Assembly: GCA_037441645.1 (NCBI GenBank)
Contig: JBBIRU010000016.1
Location: forward strand, 67,042 to 131,041
Length of the DNA: 64,000 nucleotides
Reading direction: 5' to 3'
DNA from: Bacteroidota bacterium
Lineage (GTDB): Bacteria; Bacteroidota; Bacteroidia; Bacteroidales; GWA2-32-17
Positions 40,998-51,340 of this stretch are shown one piece after another; position 1 is the first letter of the stretch; each line of letters starts with the position of its first letter. The notes under the pieces are model-generated. The model saw nothing but the letters and a program-made list of their open reading frames with translations. It did no database searches and had not been told where the DNA came from. A program made the position numbers and the translations under genes.

Positions 40998-42170
40998 TTA
41001 ATGCCGGTTGTCTTTTATCCTATATTGTTCGGGCACAACAATATCTTCTATTTTAATTCTACCCTGATTCTCATCTACAATCTTAATTTCAACTCTGCGG
41101 TTATATTTTCTTCCTTCCGCGCAATCTGTACCGTCTGCATTATTATTTATTGCTACCGGGTTTTCATAGCCTTTTCCGAGGGAAATTAAACGATCTTTTG
41201 AAATTCCTTTCTTAATTAAATAATCAACTGCCGACTTAGACCTAAGTCGTGATAAATTTTCATTGTACATTTTAGAACCTTTCGAATCTGTATGGCCAAT
41301 CAACTCCAATTTGATATCCGGATTATCAGTCAAAACTCCGGCTAATTTATCGAGAACTGCTTTTGATTCGGGTTGAAGACTATACTTATCATAATCAAAA
41401 AGAATATTATTCACAACCAGGATAACTTCCGGTTTAGGAGTTTCAACTGGCTCCATATTGAGAATAATATGACTTTTAAAAGCGGTATCGTTTTCAGAAA
41501 TTATTACCTGTTCTGTATAGGTTTTATAGCCATCTGCTGTTATCATCAGGTTATAGTATCCTCTATTTATTTTATGCTTATAAATGAACACATTGCTATC
41601 GGGCAAATATTCAAAGATTGAGTTTACAACGGAAGAATCAAGCAATTTAATTTTAAAATTTCCAGGAATTTTCTGTGTCTGATTATTAAATGATAGTTTT
41701 CCATTGAGAGTTATAAAATATTGTTTAGTAAAGGATTTTTTAACCGTATCTTGTAACGAATCAACAGGAATATCTCTGAACTTTCTGAATACTCCTTCCA
41801 GCCTGAAATACGGATCATTATAACCCCTTTCTTCCTTTTTATCAGTAAAATATATCTTACCTGCAATTTTATATGCATAATCATCCTCAACGTAAAGTAA
41901 AGTATCACTGATATTGTTCATAATAAAAATTGACAGATCAGAAAATCCCCATTCTTTAAATAACCACATGCAATCCCATTGCCTTGCCTCTTCCTTACTC
42001 GTTGTTTTATATACAATAATGTCTGCATCCTTTTTATTGTCAACTTTTACCAAAACCAAATCTGCATCAGTAGGATAAGTCATTTCTATGACAGTCTGTC
42101 CAAAAGAGTAACCAGGAAAAAAAGATGAAATAATAAAAATAACTAAAAGTACTATTACTAAATTTTTCAT
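40998..42170 (-). CDS. OmpA-domain peptidoglycan-binding protein
   Basis: I prefer the ATG at 42170 ('MKNLVIVLLVIF...', signal peptide). The C-terminal OmpA_C-like domain has 'NILFDYDKYSL', 'LELIGHTDSKGS..YN..LS..R' and 'NRRVEIKI'. Confidence 0.88.
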   Translation of the reverse strand: MKNLVIVLLVIFIISSFFPGYSFGQTVIEMTYPTDADLVLVKVDNKKDADIIVYKTTSKEEARQWDCMWLFKEWGFSDLSIFIMNNISDTLLYVEDDYAYKIAGKIYFTDKKEERGYNDPYFRLEGVFRKFRDIPVDSLQDTVKKSFTKQYFITLNGKLSFNNQTQKIPGNFKIKLLDSSVVNSIFEYLPDSNVFIYKHKINRGYYNLMITADGYKTYTEQVIISENDTAFKSHIILNMEPVETPKPEVILVVNNILFDYDKYSLQPESKAVLDKLAGVLTDNPDIKLELIGHTDSKGSKMYNENLSRLRSKSAVDYLIKKGISKDRLISLGKGYENPVAINNNADGTDCAEGRKYNRRVEIKIVDENQGRIKIEDIVVPEQYRIKDNRH

Positions 42171-42381
42171 TACGAATAGTTTATACCGGACAATTGTACT
42201 AACATGCCCTAAATTCACATCATAAAGTTAAAAAATAATATTACAACCCCTTATTTGCTAACAGAAAGTTTCAACACGGGGTAAAATACATATCATGCTA
42301 TATATAATTACATTACATAAACGTAATTAACAATTACCGGGCACAGAGCTTACACGTGTTTTTAAAACAACAGTGTCCCGG

Positions 42382-45300
42382 TTATTCAACTTTAATTCTT
42401 ACGCCCTGCGAATGGGATGAAAACTCAGGTGCATACATACATTGTATGCTTGTAATACCATTTGAAAAATCTCCTTTAAACGATGTTCTTAAGGGATATT
42501 CAAACACATAGGTTCCTTTAGGTAAGTAATCCATAAAGAAATTTGTACTGGCATCTTTGGTGGTTTCATAATAGCCCAATCCATCCTGGTACTTATATGT
42601 TGAGATTACATTCATAGGTTCAAAAGCTGCCGCACGCATATCTTTCATGTGAACAAACTCCATATTCCGGTCAACTCTGAGTTCGATGCGAACAATTACC
42701 TTATCGCCGACTTTAAGAATTGCTCCCGCAGCTAATGGTTCGATTACTTTTCCGGATGAAGTTAACCGCTCTACAAACAATTCTTTTTTCAACTTTAAGG
42801 GTGTTTCGTGGGGTGTGATTTTATCAAGCTGTTCGAAATATTGCCAGTAAACGGCACCCCATGCTACTCCCTGAGTATTCTTAGTAACTTTTACTTTACC
42901 CATTTCAGGTGTAATTTCTCCACCCTGCCAACTGGTTTTAAAGTACCCCGTTCCGGCTTCTACATTCACACCATCCGTTTTTTTCGGATCAATTACCTGA
43001 TTTCCTACAACTATCTCAACCAATTGGTCATCAGCCAAGAGATCTACACCTTTTAATAACAAAGCATAAATGGCTTCTACCGTAGCTTTTGTTGTTTTCC
43101 AATCCTGGGTTTGCTTTTGTTTCAACAACCATATTTTCATCTCTTCCACTGATTTCTGATCATTGGAAATCTCGTCAAAAGCTTCAATCAACAATGCTTC
43201 TGTCTCAATGGGAGCATTCCACCAGTAATATCCTGCTTCCACATCTTTCCAGTACATGCCAAGTTCTTCGTGATCGATTGAATTTTCTTTCAAAGATTTT
43301 ATGATATCCTGTGGAACCGTTTTGCTCCCATACCGGTGTAAACCAAGCGCCATCATTCCCTGTAAATATTTATTCTCTGTTAACCAGTATTTCTCGGCCT
43401 GTCCCTTAAAATAATCAAAAGCTTCCTTACACTTATTAGGGACCGGAATTTCAGTGTAGAAACTCCTGCAATATAAGTACTGTTCCTGGGTAGAACCAAT
43501 ATGTTTTTTCTGAAGTTCTTCTTTTGAATAGTACTTTAATAAATTATTGTAATCGTCGCGTATTTCCTCATCAAGAAACTTCACGCCATCCGTAACCATA
43601 CTCCGTAATTTATTATCATTATTATAATCAACTACTTTCAGTTTTTGAAGATGACCGAAACCTGTAATAATGTGCTGGGTAATATACCGGCTTTCCGGCA
43701 TACCCGGGAACCAGGGCCAGCCACCATTAGACGACTGGGCTTTTTCGAGTTTTGCAAGCGCCGACTGCATTTCATTCGCCATCCTGTTTAAATCAAACAG
43801 AAGTCCTACATTTCTTTTTCTCTGTGATTCATCCTGTGCATCGAGCACCCAGGGTGTTTCCTGTAACAATACAGACTTCAGCTCCTGGTTTTTCTCAAGA
43901 TTTGACAATAAAGCCTTTGAATCGGGTGTATTTTTCCATGAATCAAAAACCGATTTAATTTTTGGTGATGAGTTTGCAATATGAGTTGCCAGGCTATTTG
44001 CATAATAACGACTGAACAACTGCTCACTGCATTCATAAGGATACTCAATCAGATAGGGCAATGCCTGAACGGCATACCAGGCAGGATTAGATGTAAACTC
44101 CAGTGTATATTTGAAATTTCTCAGAGTATTTGAGTTTCCTGACTCTATCAATTTTTTAAACTCAAATGTTTTCGATTGATTTCCACGGATTGGCAAAGGA
44201 AGTGATTCGGTAACCATCATGCGATTACTCATTACCGGCACAACACTTTGTTCACCATCACTGAATTGACCGGATACAGCGACAACCTTAACAGCTAAAG
44301 CATTTATTCCTTCAGGAATGGTTAATGCCCATGTTACTGTTGTATTACCTTTAGCGCTGGCAGTAAAAGTCTTTGACTCGTCCTGTTTTGCAATAATTCC
44401 GGAAACCGGTTTCATTGTTATCGGGTCGGTAAATTCAAGACCGGACTGCCCTGTCATTTCTTTATCGGTAAGATTTGAAATTTTTACCGATAGTTCCATT
44501 TTATCGTTTTCACGGAAAAATCGTGGCAGATTTGGAATCACCATCAGTTCTTTCTGGGTAACCAGTTCGTTACCAATAAAACCATACTCAAGATTCTGTG
44601 TATGTGCAAAACCCATCATTCTCCATTTTGTTAATGCTTCGGGAACAGTGAATTTAACAATAACTTCTCCATTCTCATTGGTAGAAAGTGTCGGGTAGAA
44701 AAAAGCTGTTTCATTCAGGTTGGTACGGACTTTAACGTTTCCGGAACCCTCATCTCTTTTATCAACATCGGCAGCAAAAGGATCTGAAATAGTTGTATCG
44801 GATACGGCTCTTTCTTTCTGCTCAAGCTTGCCAGTAGCATCCACACTTTTCTCTGCTTCGTCATATTCTCCATTCATTTCAGAGGGCGGAGGGGCTGCGG
44901 TTTTAGCCATTAATGCCACTCCTTTATGCCTATTGCCTCTGCTTTCCTCATAACCTCCATAACCATAATAATTTCCGGAGTAATAATAAAAGCCAAACCA
45001 GTTCAGCTGATCATAGGTTTGATATGGATACGAAGAATATGTTTTATAATTTTTAACTATCTGACTGGATGAACCAGAGCTGAATAAATCAGGAGTTAAC
45101 TGCAGGCTCATATAATATGTCGGAAAAACACTGAAGTCCCAGTAATTTGCTTTTAATGCATCTAACGATTTATCGTATAGCGCGGCAACCATCTCTGCCG
45201 CTACCTTTTCGCCCTTAGGTCCCGATATTTTAATTTTCCATTCTTCCTGCTGTCCCGGAAGTAACTTATCGCGAAACGTTTCAAAAGACATTTTCAGCAA

Positions 45301-48300
45301 TTTGTTAGAATACGGAACATATACCGTTTCGTCAAAAGAATAATACCTGTTATCTGCAATAATCCTGAAATGAACTGCAAAATTACCTCTGTATTCTTCT
45401 TTTACCGGAATATCAATCAGTACCTGCCCATTGCTTATTTTCAACCATTTCTTTAATATTATTATTTCATTTTTATGTTCCACTTCATATAATACATACG
45501 CATTTGGGTAACTACTGCCAACAAGGAATTTAGCCGATTCGCCGGGTTCGCAATCATGTTTCACCGATACTGACCAGAAGGGGGTTGCATAAGGCAGGTG
45601 TTCAGATTTTTCGGAATATACAACTATGTATTTTTTATTAATGACCTTTTTTCCAAAGGAATCGACTGAGTTCATATTAATAACATATCGTCCCGGATCC
45701 CATTTCGAAAGATCTTTAATTACAAATTTTTCTTCTTTGTGGGTGTCAAATGAATATTCAAATACCTGCTTAATTGTTTTTGATTTTGATAAATCAGATT
45801 CAGCCTGATACACATTACCGGGGAATAATTTATTCCATTCGTCTTTCGTATAGCTGTATTTATCTGGTTTCTGCCAGAGTCTGCTCCGGAGTATTTCTTT
45901 CTCATCCTCCAGTTTTGAAATGGTAATTTTCCCTGCAGCGCCAACTTCTTCACCATTTAAATTGGTAGTATAAATATGAAATTTCTGGGTATCGGCAGCA
46001 TTTACCATATCAGGAATGGAAGAACTGATTTGCAAGGTAGTGTAGCCAACCGTAACCGATCCTGACGATGACTGGGTTTCCCCATTAATGTCTGTTATAT
46101 CAATATATACCTGGTAATCGAAATCAGTATAATCATCTGCTTTAAATGACAGATCCGGAACTGCCTTAAATTTAAACCTGACTTCTCCTTTTTCGTCAGT
46201 TTTTAATTTTCCGTTAATAATTTCAACTGAAGTTTGCCTGAAAGGTCTCCACCACCATCCGCGCCACACAGGTGTGCGAACAACCCGGTAAGTAACCTGT
46301 GCATCAGAAATACTTGGCCCTGAATAGGCAGTTCCTTTTGCCACCACTTCAACCGAATCGCCAACCCTGTAACTCCCGTTAAATGGCAATACTTCCGTGA
46401 TAAATTTCGGACGTTTGTATTCTTCTACCGAAATACTTTGTGAACCGTATGGGGTCACTAACTGAAATAATCCATTCAGCAATCCCTGCGGTATTTGTAA
46501 TGTTCCGCTAAAAGTACCGAATTCATTTGTTACCTGATTTACTTCCTGAACACTTTGGTAGTTAGGATCTTTAAACGACAGCGTAGTGGAGAAATTTTTT
46601 GCGATATTACGGTTGTCGCCATCAACTTCAACTACCACTCCTTTATAATAAACCGTTTGTCCGGGACGATATATCGCCCTGTCGGTAAAAAGAATAATTG
46701 AATAAGTTTTAGGTCTTTCATTATTGTACCTGTAATTATAAAAATTCTGTTTGGTTTTTAAAGTTTGTTTATTCCAGTGAAATTCAAGTCCTGTATTATA
46801 AACATCTTTATCATACTTAAGTAAAACTGAGGCAAAACCATTTTCATCGGTGGTGTGAGTATCACCTTTATTAATTACATATTTCCTGGTTAAATAGTTA
46901 TACTTAGAGAAATATTCCTGAACTATCACTCCCTGCAATGGTTCCCCGGTTTTTCTATGAGCCACATAAACCTGGTATGTACCATCTTCCATCCTTCGTT
47001 TCATATAGCTTATATCAGTAACCATTATATCATTATAAGCCATGGCATCATTATCATAATTGAATTCTTTGTTCTGGGAAACAAAAATAACATAGTGTCC
47101 AAAGGGCAGTGTATCTCCTATAAATTCAACAGAATGGTTGTTATAATCATTGTCCTCAGGCAATGGAACTTCATAATTCTTGATTACTTTTACTGCTTTC
47201 ATCAATTTACCGACATATTCCACTCCATAATTATTTTCGGCCAGTTTTTCATACTCTTCAATATCGATGGATGCAATACGAATCCAGGCTTTTTTCAGGT
47301 TCAGGTAGTTCAGCTTAATTGCATATGGTTTGCCTGGATTTATAACATCTTCCGTTTCAAATGAAATGGATTTGTTTTCAATCTGTTCTTTCAGATTTTC
47401 ACATTTTAATGTACCACTGGCTTCCGGATATTTCTGAATCATCTTAAGGCAAATATCCATGGCCTTATTTTTATAATTTTTAAATTTAAATGTGGTTGAA
47501 TCTTCATAGTTATAGCCCGACGAAAGAGTGTTATACAGGAAAGCTAACCTGTATGATGCTTCTGATACAAATGGAACATCTTCGTACTTTTTACAGATTG
47601 ATTTTAATGATTCGATATACAGGCTGTCCTTTTCAGGATTTACCGAATTAAAATAAACAAAGTTCAAACGAGCCAGATCGGCATCAATAAAGGCTTCGGG
47701 TTTAGCATCGCGGATGTGGAAATCGAGCAGTTTCTGCAATACTTTTATTCCATAGAACTGTAATGAAAGAGTATCTGAATTCTGAAAATTCTGTTTCACA
47801 AATTCTCCTGCGTTACTAAAATAAAAATCTTCTTTCAATTCAAATTTATCGACAGGCCGGGAAAGGGCAATTTCTTTGTTAGAAAAAAACTCAACTGCCC
47901 TGAACGCCAGAAAATCATATAATGTTGGTCTCAAACCATCGGTACCCTGGCCTTTGTTTAGAACAGCTTCTACTTCTGTAACAAGGGTCCGTTTTAAACT
48001 GTCTTCACTTTCGAGCGATTTCATATAATGCTTAATACAAACATCAGCCAGCTTATTCAAATCCCATGTTTTTATATCATTATTAACAAAGTTGACGGTT
48101 TCGCTACGGTTTGAAAATTTCCAGCGATTATTCTGATAATACATCCAATATAAACTGGCAGATATAGAATGAAAAACAGAATTATAGGGATAGTGCATTA
48201 TTTCTGCATCTTTCGCCAGATCTGTAACTATTTTTTCGAAAGCATCTTCCTCGATGGCATTTCTATATTTCAACTGGTAAATACGGGCCTTTACAACCTG

Positions 48301-48549
48301 GGCTGCATTCTTCTCGGCAAATGCTTTTTTATAGATCTTATCGACTATTTCCAGAGCCGATTTTGGCAATCCCTTGGAATCGAGACTGTCTACAGTTGCC
48401 CAATCTTTCCTGTAATCATTTGAGTTTGCAAAATGAAGGGGCTTGTCGATAGGTCTGGGATTTATTCTTTTCATACTTATTCCGGCTATTACAATTGAAA
48501 ACAGAAGGATTGCAGAAGCCAACAGGGGCATAAATTTATTCGTTTTCAT
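42382..48549 (-). CDS. Alpha-2-macroglobulin family protein (2055 aa) with intact thioester motif
   Basis: N-terminal signal-anchor and a helical N-terminal extension. Macroglobulin-like repeats. Low-complexity bait-like segment ('YYYSGNYYGYGGYEESRGN...DKRDEGSGN') directly before 'RTNLNETAFFYP'. Thioester 'YPYECSEQ'. C-terminal receptor-binding-type domain. Confidence 0.9.
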   Translation of the reverse strand: MKTNKFMPLLASAILLFSIVIAGISMKRINPRPIDKPLHFANSNDYRKDWATVDSLDSKGLPKSALEIVDKIYKKAFAEKNAAQVVKARIYQLKYRNAIEEDAFEKIVTDLAKDAEIMHYPYNSVFHSISASLYWMYYQNNRWKFSNRSETVNFVNNDIKTWDLNKLADVCIKHYMKSLESEDSLKRTLVTEVEAVLNKGQGTDGLRPTLYDFLAFRAVEFFSNKEIALSRPVDKFELKEDFYFSNAGEFVKQNFQNSDTLSLQFYGIKVLQKLLDFHIRDAKPEAFIDADLARLNFVYFNSVNPEKDSLYIESLKSICKKYEDVPFVSEASYRLAFLYNTLSSGYNYEDSTTFKFKNYKNKAMDICLKMIQKYPEASGTLKCENLKEQIENKSISFETEDVINPGKPYAIKLNYLNLKKAWIRIASIDIEEYEKLAENNYGVEYVGKLMKAVKVIKNYEVPLPEDNDYNNHSVEFIGDTLPFGHYVIFVSQNKEFNYDNDAMAYNDIMVTDISYMKRRMEDGTYQVYVAHRKTGEPLQGVIVQEYFSKYNYLTRKYVINKGDTHTTDENGFASVLLKYDKDVYNTGLEFHWNKQTLKTKQNFYNYRYNNERPKTYSIILFTDRAIYRPGQTVYYKGVVVEVDGDNRNIAKNFSTTLSFKDPNYQSVQEVNQVTNEFGTFSGTLQIPQGLLNGLFQLVTPYGSQSISVEEYKRPKFITEVLPFNGSYRVGDSVEVVAKGTAYSGPSISDAQVTYRVVRTPVWRGWWWRPFRQTSVEIINGKLKTDEKGEVRFKFKAVPDLSFKADDYTDFDYQVYIDITDINGETQSSSGSVTVGYTTLQISSSIPDMVNAADTQKFHIYTTNLNGEEVGAAGKITISKLEDEKEILRSRLWQKPDKYSYTKDEWNKLFPGNVYQAESDLSKSKTIKQVFEYSFDTHKEEKFVIKDLSKWDPGRYVINMNSVDSFGKKVINKKYIVVYSEKSEHLPYATPFWSVSVKHDCEPGESAKFLVGSSYPNAYVLYEVEHKNEIIILKKWLKISNGQVLIDIPVKEEYRGNFAVHFRIIADNRYYSFDETVYVPYSNKLLKMSFETFRDKLLPGQQEEWKIKISGPKGEKVAAEMVAALYDKSLDALKANYWDFSVFPTYYMSLQLTPDLFSSGSSSQIVKNYKTYSSYPYQTYDQLNWFGFYYYSGNYYGYGGYEESRGNRHKGVALMAKTAAPPPSEMNGEYDEAEKSVDATGKLEQKERAVSDTTISDPFAADVDKRDEGSGNVKVRTNLNETAFFYPTLSTNENGEVIVKFTVPEALTKWRMMGFAHTQNLEYGFIGNELVTQKELMVIPNLPRFFRENDKMELSVKISNLTDKEMTGQSGLEFTDPITMKPVSGIIAKQDESKTFTASAKGNTTVTWALTIPEGINALAVKVVAVSGQFSDGEQSVVPVMSNRMMVTESLPLPIRGNQSKTFEFKKLIESGNSNTLRNFKYTLEFTSNPAWYAVQALPYLIEYPYECSEQLFSRYYANSLATHIANSSPKIKSVFDSWKNTPDSKALLSNLEKNQELKSVLLQETPWVLDAQDESQRKRNVGLLFDLNRMANEMQSALAKLEKAQSSNGGWPWFPGMPESRYITQHIITGFGHLQKLKVVDYNNDNKLRSMVTDGVKFLDEEIRDDYNNLLKYYSKEELQKKHIGSTQEQYLYCRSFYTEIPVPNKCKEAFDYFKGQAEKYWLTENKYLQGMMALGLHRYGSKTVPQDIIKSLKENSIDHEELGMYWKDVEAGYYWWNAPIETEALLIEAFDEISNDQKSVEEMKIWLLKQKQTQDWKTTKATVEAIYALLLKGVDLLADDQLVEIVVGNQVIDPKKTDGVNVEAGTGYFKTSWQGGEITPEMGKVKVTKNTQGVAWGAVYWQYFEQLDKITPHETPLKLKKELFVERLTSSGKVIEPLAAGAILKVGDKVIVRIELRVDRNMEFVHMKDMRAAAFEPMNVISTYKYQDGLGYYETTKDASTNFFMDYLPKGTYVFEYPLRTSFKGDFSNGITSIQCMYAPEFSSHSQGVRIKVE

Positions 48550-48679
48550 AGTTCAGATATTTTAGGCTAATTACAACGATGTAAAATAGCTATAATTATT
48601 TATTTTTGAAAACAGATTCCTCATTTAGAAAATTCCATAAAATCAAAATGGATTTCTTAAGAATAAAATCAATTGGTAC

Positions 48680-50620
48680 TTACTCTTTCACAGAGGTTAT
48701 AACCAATTCTGTTCTGCGGTTCAATGCTCTTCCTTCTTCAGTATCGTTGGTTGCAATTGGTTTGGAAAAGCTGTAGCCTTTATAAGTCATTCGCTTTGCA
48801 TTTATTCCACGAGAAGTAAGAAAATCATAAACTGCTTTCGCCCTGTTTTGAGAAAGTTTAATGTTATGTTCGGCTGAACCGACATTATCTGTATGTCCGC
48901 CAATTTCCACGGATACACCCGGATTGTCATTCAGAAACGTAATAATCTTCCCAAGTTCTACGGTAGATTCAGACTTAAGATTAAACAAGTCCGTATCAAA
49001 GAATATATTTTTCAGAACTATTGATGCTCCTTCTTTAACTGGCTGCAGGTATACATCACGTTTATATGTTGAACTAACATCTTTTAATCCCCTGAGTGAG
49101 AAATTGTCGCTGTAAAACAGGTATCCTTTCCTTGAAACATTCATTGCGTAATCGTGTTCTGCCGGAAGACAGGCAAGATATGCACCATTCCTGGGATCAG
49201 AAAGCACCTGGGCTACGGTGTCAGCTGTTTCCAATTCCTGAATATCGATTGCGGCTTCCAGTTTTTGCTTTGTTACAGCATCATAAACTATCCCGGCCAC
49301 ATATGTTACAGGAGTGGGTCTGGCTTCCGGATATAATTCAAAACCAAAAATATCCCAATCGACAGTACCTTTCCGGTTGGAAGAATAATATGCAAAATTT
49401 CCTTTTACATTAACAATTAATCCAAAATCATCTGCATATGTATTTATAGGATATCCAATATTCTTTGGAGTAGACCATGTTCCGTCATTTTTCAACCTTG
49501 AATAAAAAATATCCTGTCCTCCCATTCCCGGCCATCCATCGGATGAAAAATACAGGGTTTTGCCATCGGGGTGAATAAAAGGAGCATATTCATTCCCCGG
49601 AGTATTTATACTATCTCCCATATTTTCGGGTTCCGACCACGTACCATTTGCCAGCTTATGACACATATAAATATCGCGCCCACCTCTTGAACCGGGTCTT
49701 CCTCCTGAAGCAAAAAAAAGAATTCGTCCATCCGAAGAAGGTGCCGGGTTCGACTCCCAATAACTGGTACTGATAGGTGGTCCTATATTTTTTGGTTCTG
49801 ACCATGTATTCCCTATTTTTTCGGAGTAATAAATATCACATGATCCGAAATCTTCCCTGCGGTTACAGGCAGTATAAAACAAGAAACGCCCATCGGCAGA
49901 AATGCCCTGGGCTCCTTCGTTATCTTCGGTATTTAAAGGAGGGCCGGCATTCATAGATGGCGACCATGTTCCATCATCATTTTTATAAGTAATAAAAAAA
50001 TCTTCCTGCATTTGCGTTGCTCCCATAGGTGTTCGCATGTTGGTTGGCAGTTGCGAGGTAAAAATCAAAGTTTTTTCATCAGCTGTAAGTGAAGGCCAGT
50101 AATCCTTATATTTAGTATTTACGTAAGGCCCCAGATTAACAGGATTAAAAGGAACCGGGTGTTCAACAGCCCATGCGCCAAACCCGGCTTTTTTCAGTAA
50201 TTGTCCTGCCTCATTCTCAATGGACGAATCAAGAGTTGTGTAAGTTAAACATTTCTCAAGATGTTTTACCGCTTCACTATAGAGCCCGGTTTTCATTTCG
50301 GATCTGGCAACAGTAAAATATATTTTCGGGTTAAAGTCGGGGTTTATTTCCATGACCTTTTTAAAAGCTTCTATTTCTTTATCGAAATGCTGGAGTTCAT
50401 TTTCCATATCGGCAGTTAACAAATAAGGTTCGATAAAATTCGGATCCTTTTCGAGCGCCAGTCTAATGTAGGTTCTTGTATTTTCGAGATTCCCCTGGTT
50501 AAAATATGCCAATGCATTTTCGAAAAGTGCGATAGCTTTTTTATTTTTAGTAGAGTATTCATTTTGAGAAAATGAACAAACCGAATACATAAATAATATT
50601 ATAAAAAGAATGAATCTCAT
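48680..50620 (-). CDS. TPR + TolB-like beta-propeller + OmpA-domain protein
   Basis: 646 aa with a signal peptide and TPR units at the N-terminus. Repeated 'W(S/T)xPxN(L/I/M)Gxx(I/L)NT' WD40-like/PD40 blades. C-terminal OmpA domain ('NIFFDTDLFNL','GHTDNVGS..HN..LS..RA','NRRTELVI'). Confidence 0.88.
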   Translation of the reverse strand: MRFILFIILFMYSVCSFSQNEYSTKNKKAIALFENALAYFNQGNLENTRTYIRLALEKDPNFIEPYLLTADMENELQHFDKEIEAFKKVMEINPDFNPKIYFTVARSEMKTGLYSEAVKHLEKCLTYTTLDSSIENEAGQLLKKAGFGAWAVEHPVPFNPVNLGPYVNTKYKDYWPSLTADEKTLIFTSQLPTNMRTPMGATQMQEDFFITYKNDDGTWSPSMNAGPPLNTEDNEGAQGISADGRFLFYTACNRREDFGSCDIYYSEKIGNTWSEPKNIGPPISTSYWESNPAPSSDGRILFFASGGRPGSRGGRDIYMCHKLANGTWSEPENMGDSINTPGNEYAPFIHPDGKTLYFSSDGWPGMGGQDIFYSRLKNDGTWSTPKNIGYPINTYADDFGLIVNVKGNFAYYSSNRKGTVDWDIFGFELYPEARPTPVTYVAGIVYDAVTKQKLEAAIDIQELETADTVAQVLSDPRNGAYLACLPAEHDYAMNVSRKGYLFYSDNFSLRGLKDVSSTYKRDVYLQPVKEGASIVLKNIFFDTDLFNLKSESTVELGKIITFLNDNPGVSVEIGGHTDNVGSAEHNIKLSQNRAKAVYDFLTSRGINAKRMTYKGYSFSKPIATNDTEEGRALNRRTELVITSVKE

Positions 50621-50623
50621 GAA

Positions 50624-51250
50624 TTAAGGAATCTGCATGAATTTATGTGATTGTAAAGAAATATTCCATTTTGGATTTGCTTTTACATATTCTACCACTT
50701 CTTTAATAATTGTATCGAACTTACTCCATTCAGGTTGCAAAAACAACTTGCAATTATTATTTATTAATTCGGCATTTTTTTCGGCCCATTCAAAATCTTC
50801 TTTTGATTGTATTACAACTTTAAGTTCATCGGCAATATTGTATATTTCAGGTTCGGGCAATGCCTGTCGTTTAGGAGAAAAACATATCCAGTCCCATGTA
50901 CCCGACAAAGGGTGTGAACCACTCGTTTCCAGGAACGTCTCCATATTTTTTTCTTTTAGCTTTTTGCACAAATAATCGAGGTTATGACTTAACGGCTCGC
51001 CTCCTGTAACAACTACCGATTTTGCGGCAAATCCAGCCGCTCTTTCAACCACTTCGTCCACAGTTACCAGCCAATGCGATTGATTGTCCCAGGAGAATTT
51101 TGTATCGCACCATGCGCAGGTATTATCGCAACCTCCCACGCGTATAAAATAAGCAGGTTTTCCGGTATGAAATCCTTCCCCCTGAATCGAATAAAATTCC
51201 TCCACCACAGGAAGTTTTTTTTCACTCATATCGCTTTTGTTCATTGTCAT
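50624..51250 (-). CDS. queE: 7-carboxy-7-deazaguanine synthase (radical SAM)
   Basis: 208 aa. 'EFYSIQGEG' and the 'GGCDNTCAWCDTKF' CX3CX2C cluster motif. Confidence 0.9.
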   Translation of the reverse strand: MTMNKSDMSEKKLPVVEEFYSIQGEGFHTGKPAYFIRVGGCDNTCAWCDTKFSWDNQSHWLVTVDEVVERAAGFAAKSVVVTGGEPLSHNLDYLCKKLKEKNMETFLETSGSHPLSGTWDWICFSPKRQALPEPEIYNIADELKVVIQSKEDFEWAEKNAELINNNCKLFLQPEWSKFDTIIKEVVEYVKANPKWNISLQSHKFMQIP

Positions 51251-51294
51251 TCATTACAAAACACTGCAAAAGTAGCTTAATCTTTTAACTGATT

Positions 51295-51323
51295 ACAAAA
51301 AAAGGACCTGATTTCTCAGATCC
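51295..51323 (-). terminator. Rho-independent terminator after the DUF2339 gene
   Basis: 9-bp stem with one G-U pair: aggacctga (51302-51310) / tcagatcct (51315-51323). On the minus strand it is followed by TTTTTTT. Confidence 0.65.
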
Positions 51324-51340
51324 TTTCTCATATTCAGTTG

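Noticed and set aside
42219-42381. Long-loop inverted repeat accgggcac ... gtgtcccggt downstream of the A2M gene as a terminator
   Set aside because: The stem is imperfect, the loop is ~28 nt and no U-run follows. I do not call it a feature.
51251-51340. preQ1 riboswitch upstream of queE
   Set aside because: The 90-nt spacer is mostly occupied by the terminator hairpin of the upstream DUF2339 gene. I could not identify a preQ1 aptamer-like stem-loop with an A-rich tail. A cmsearch would be needed to be certain.
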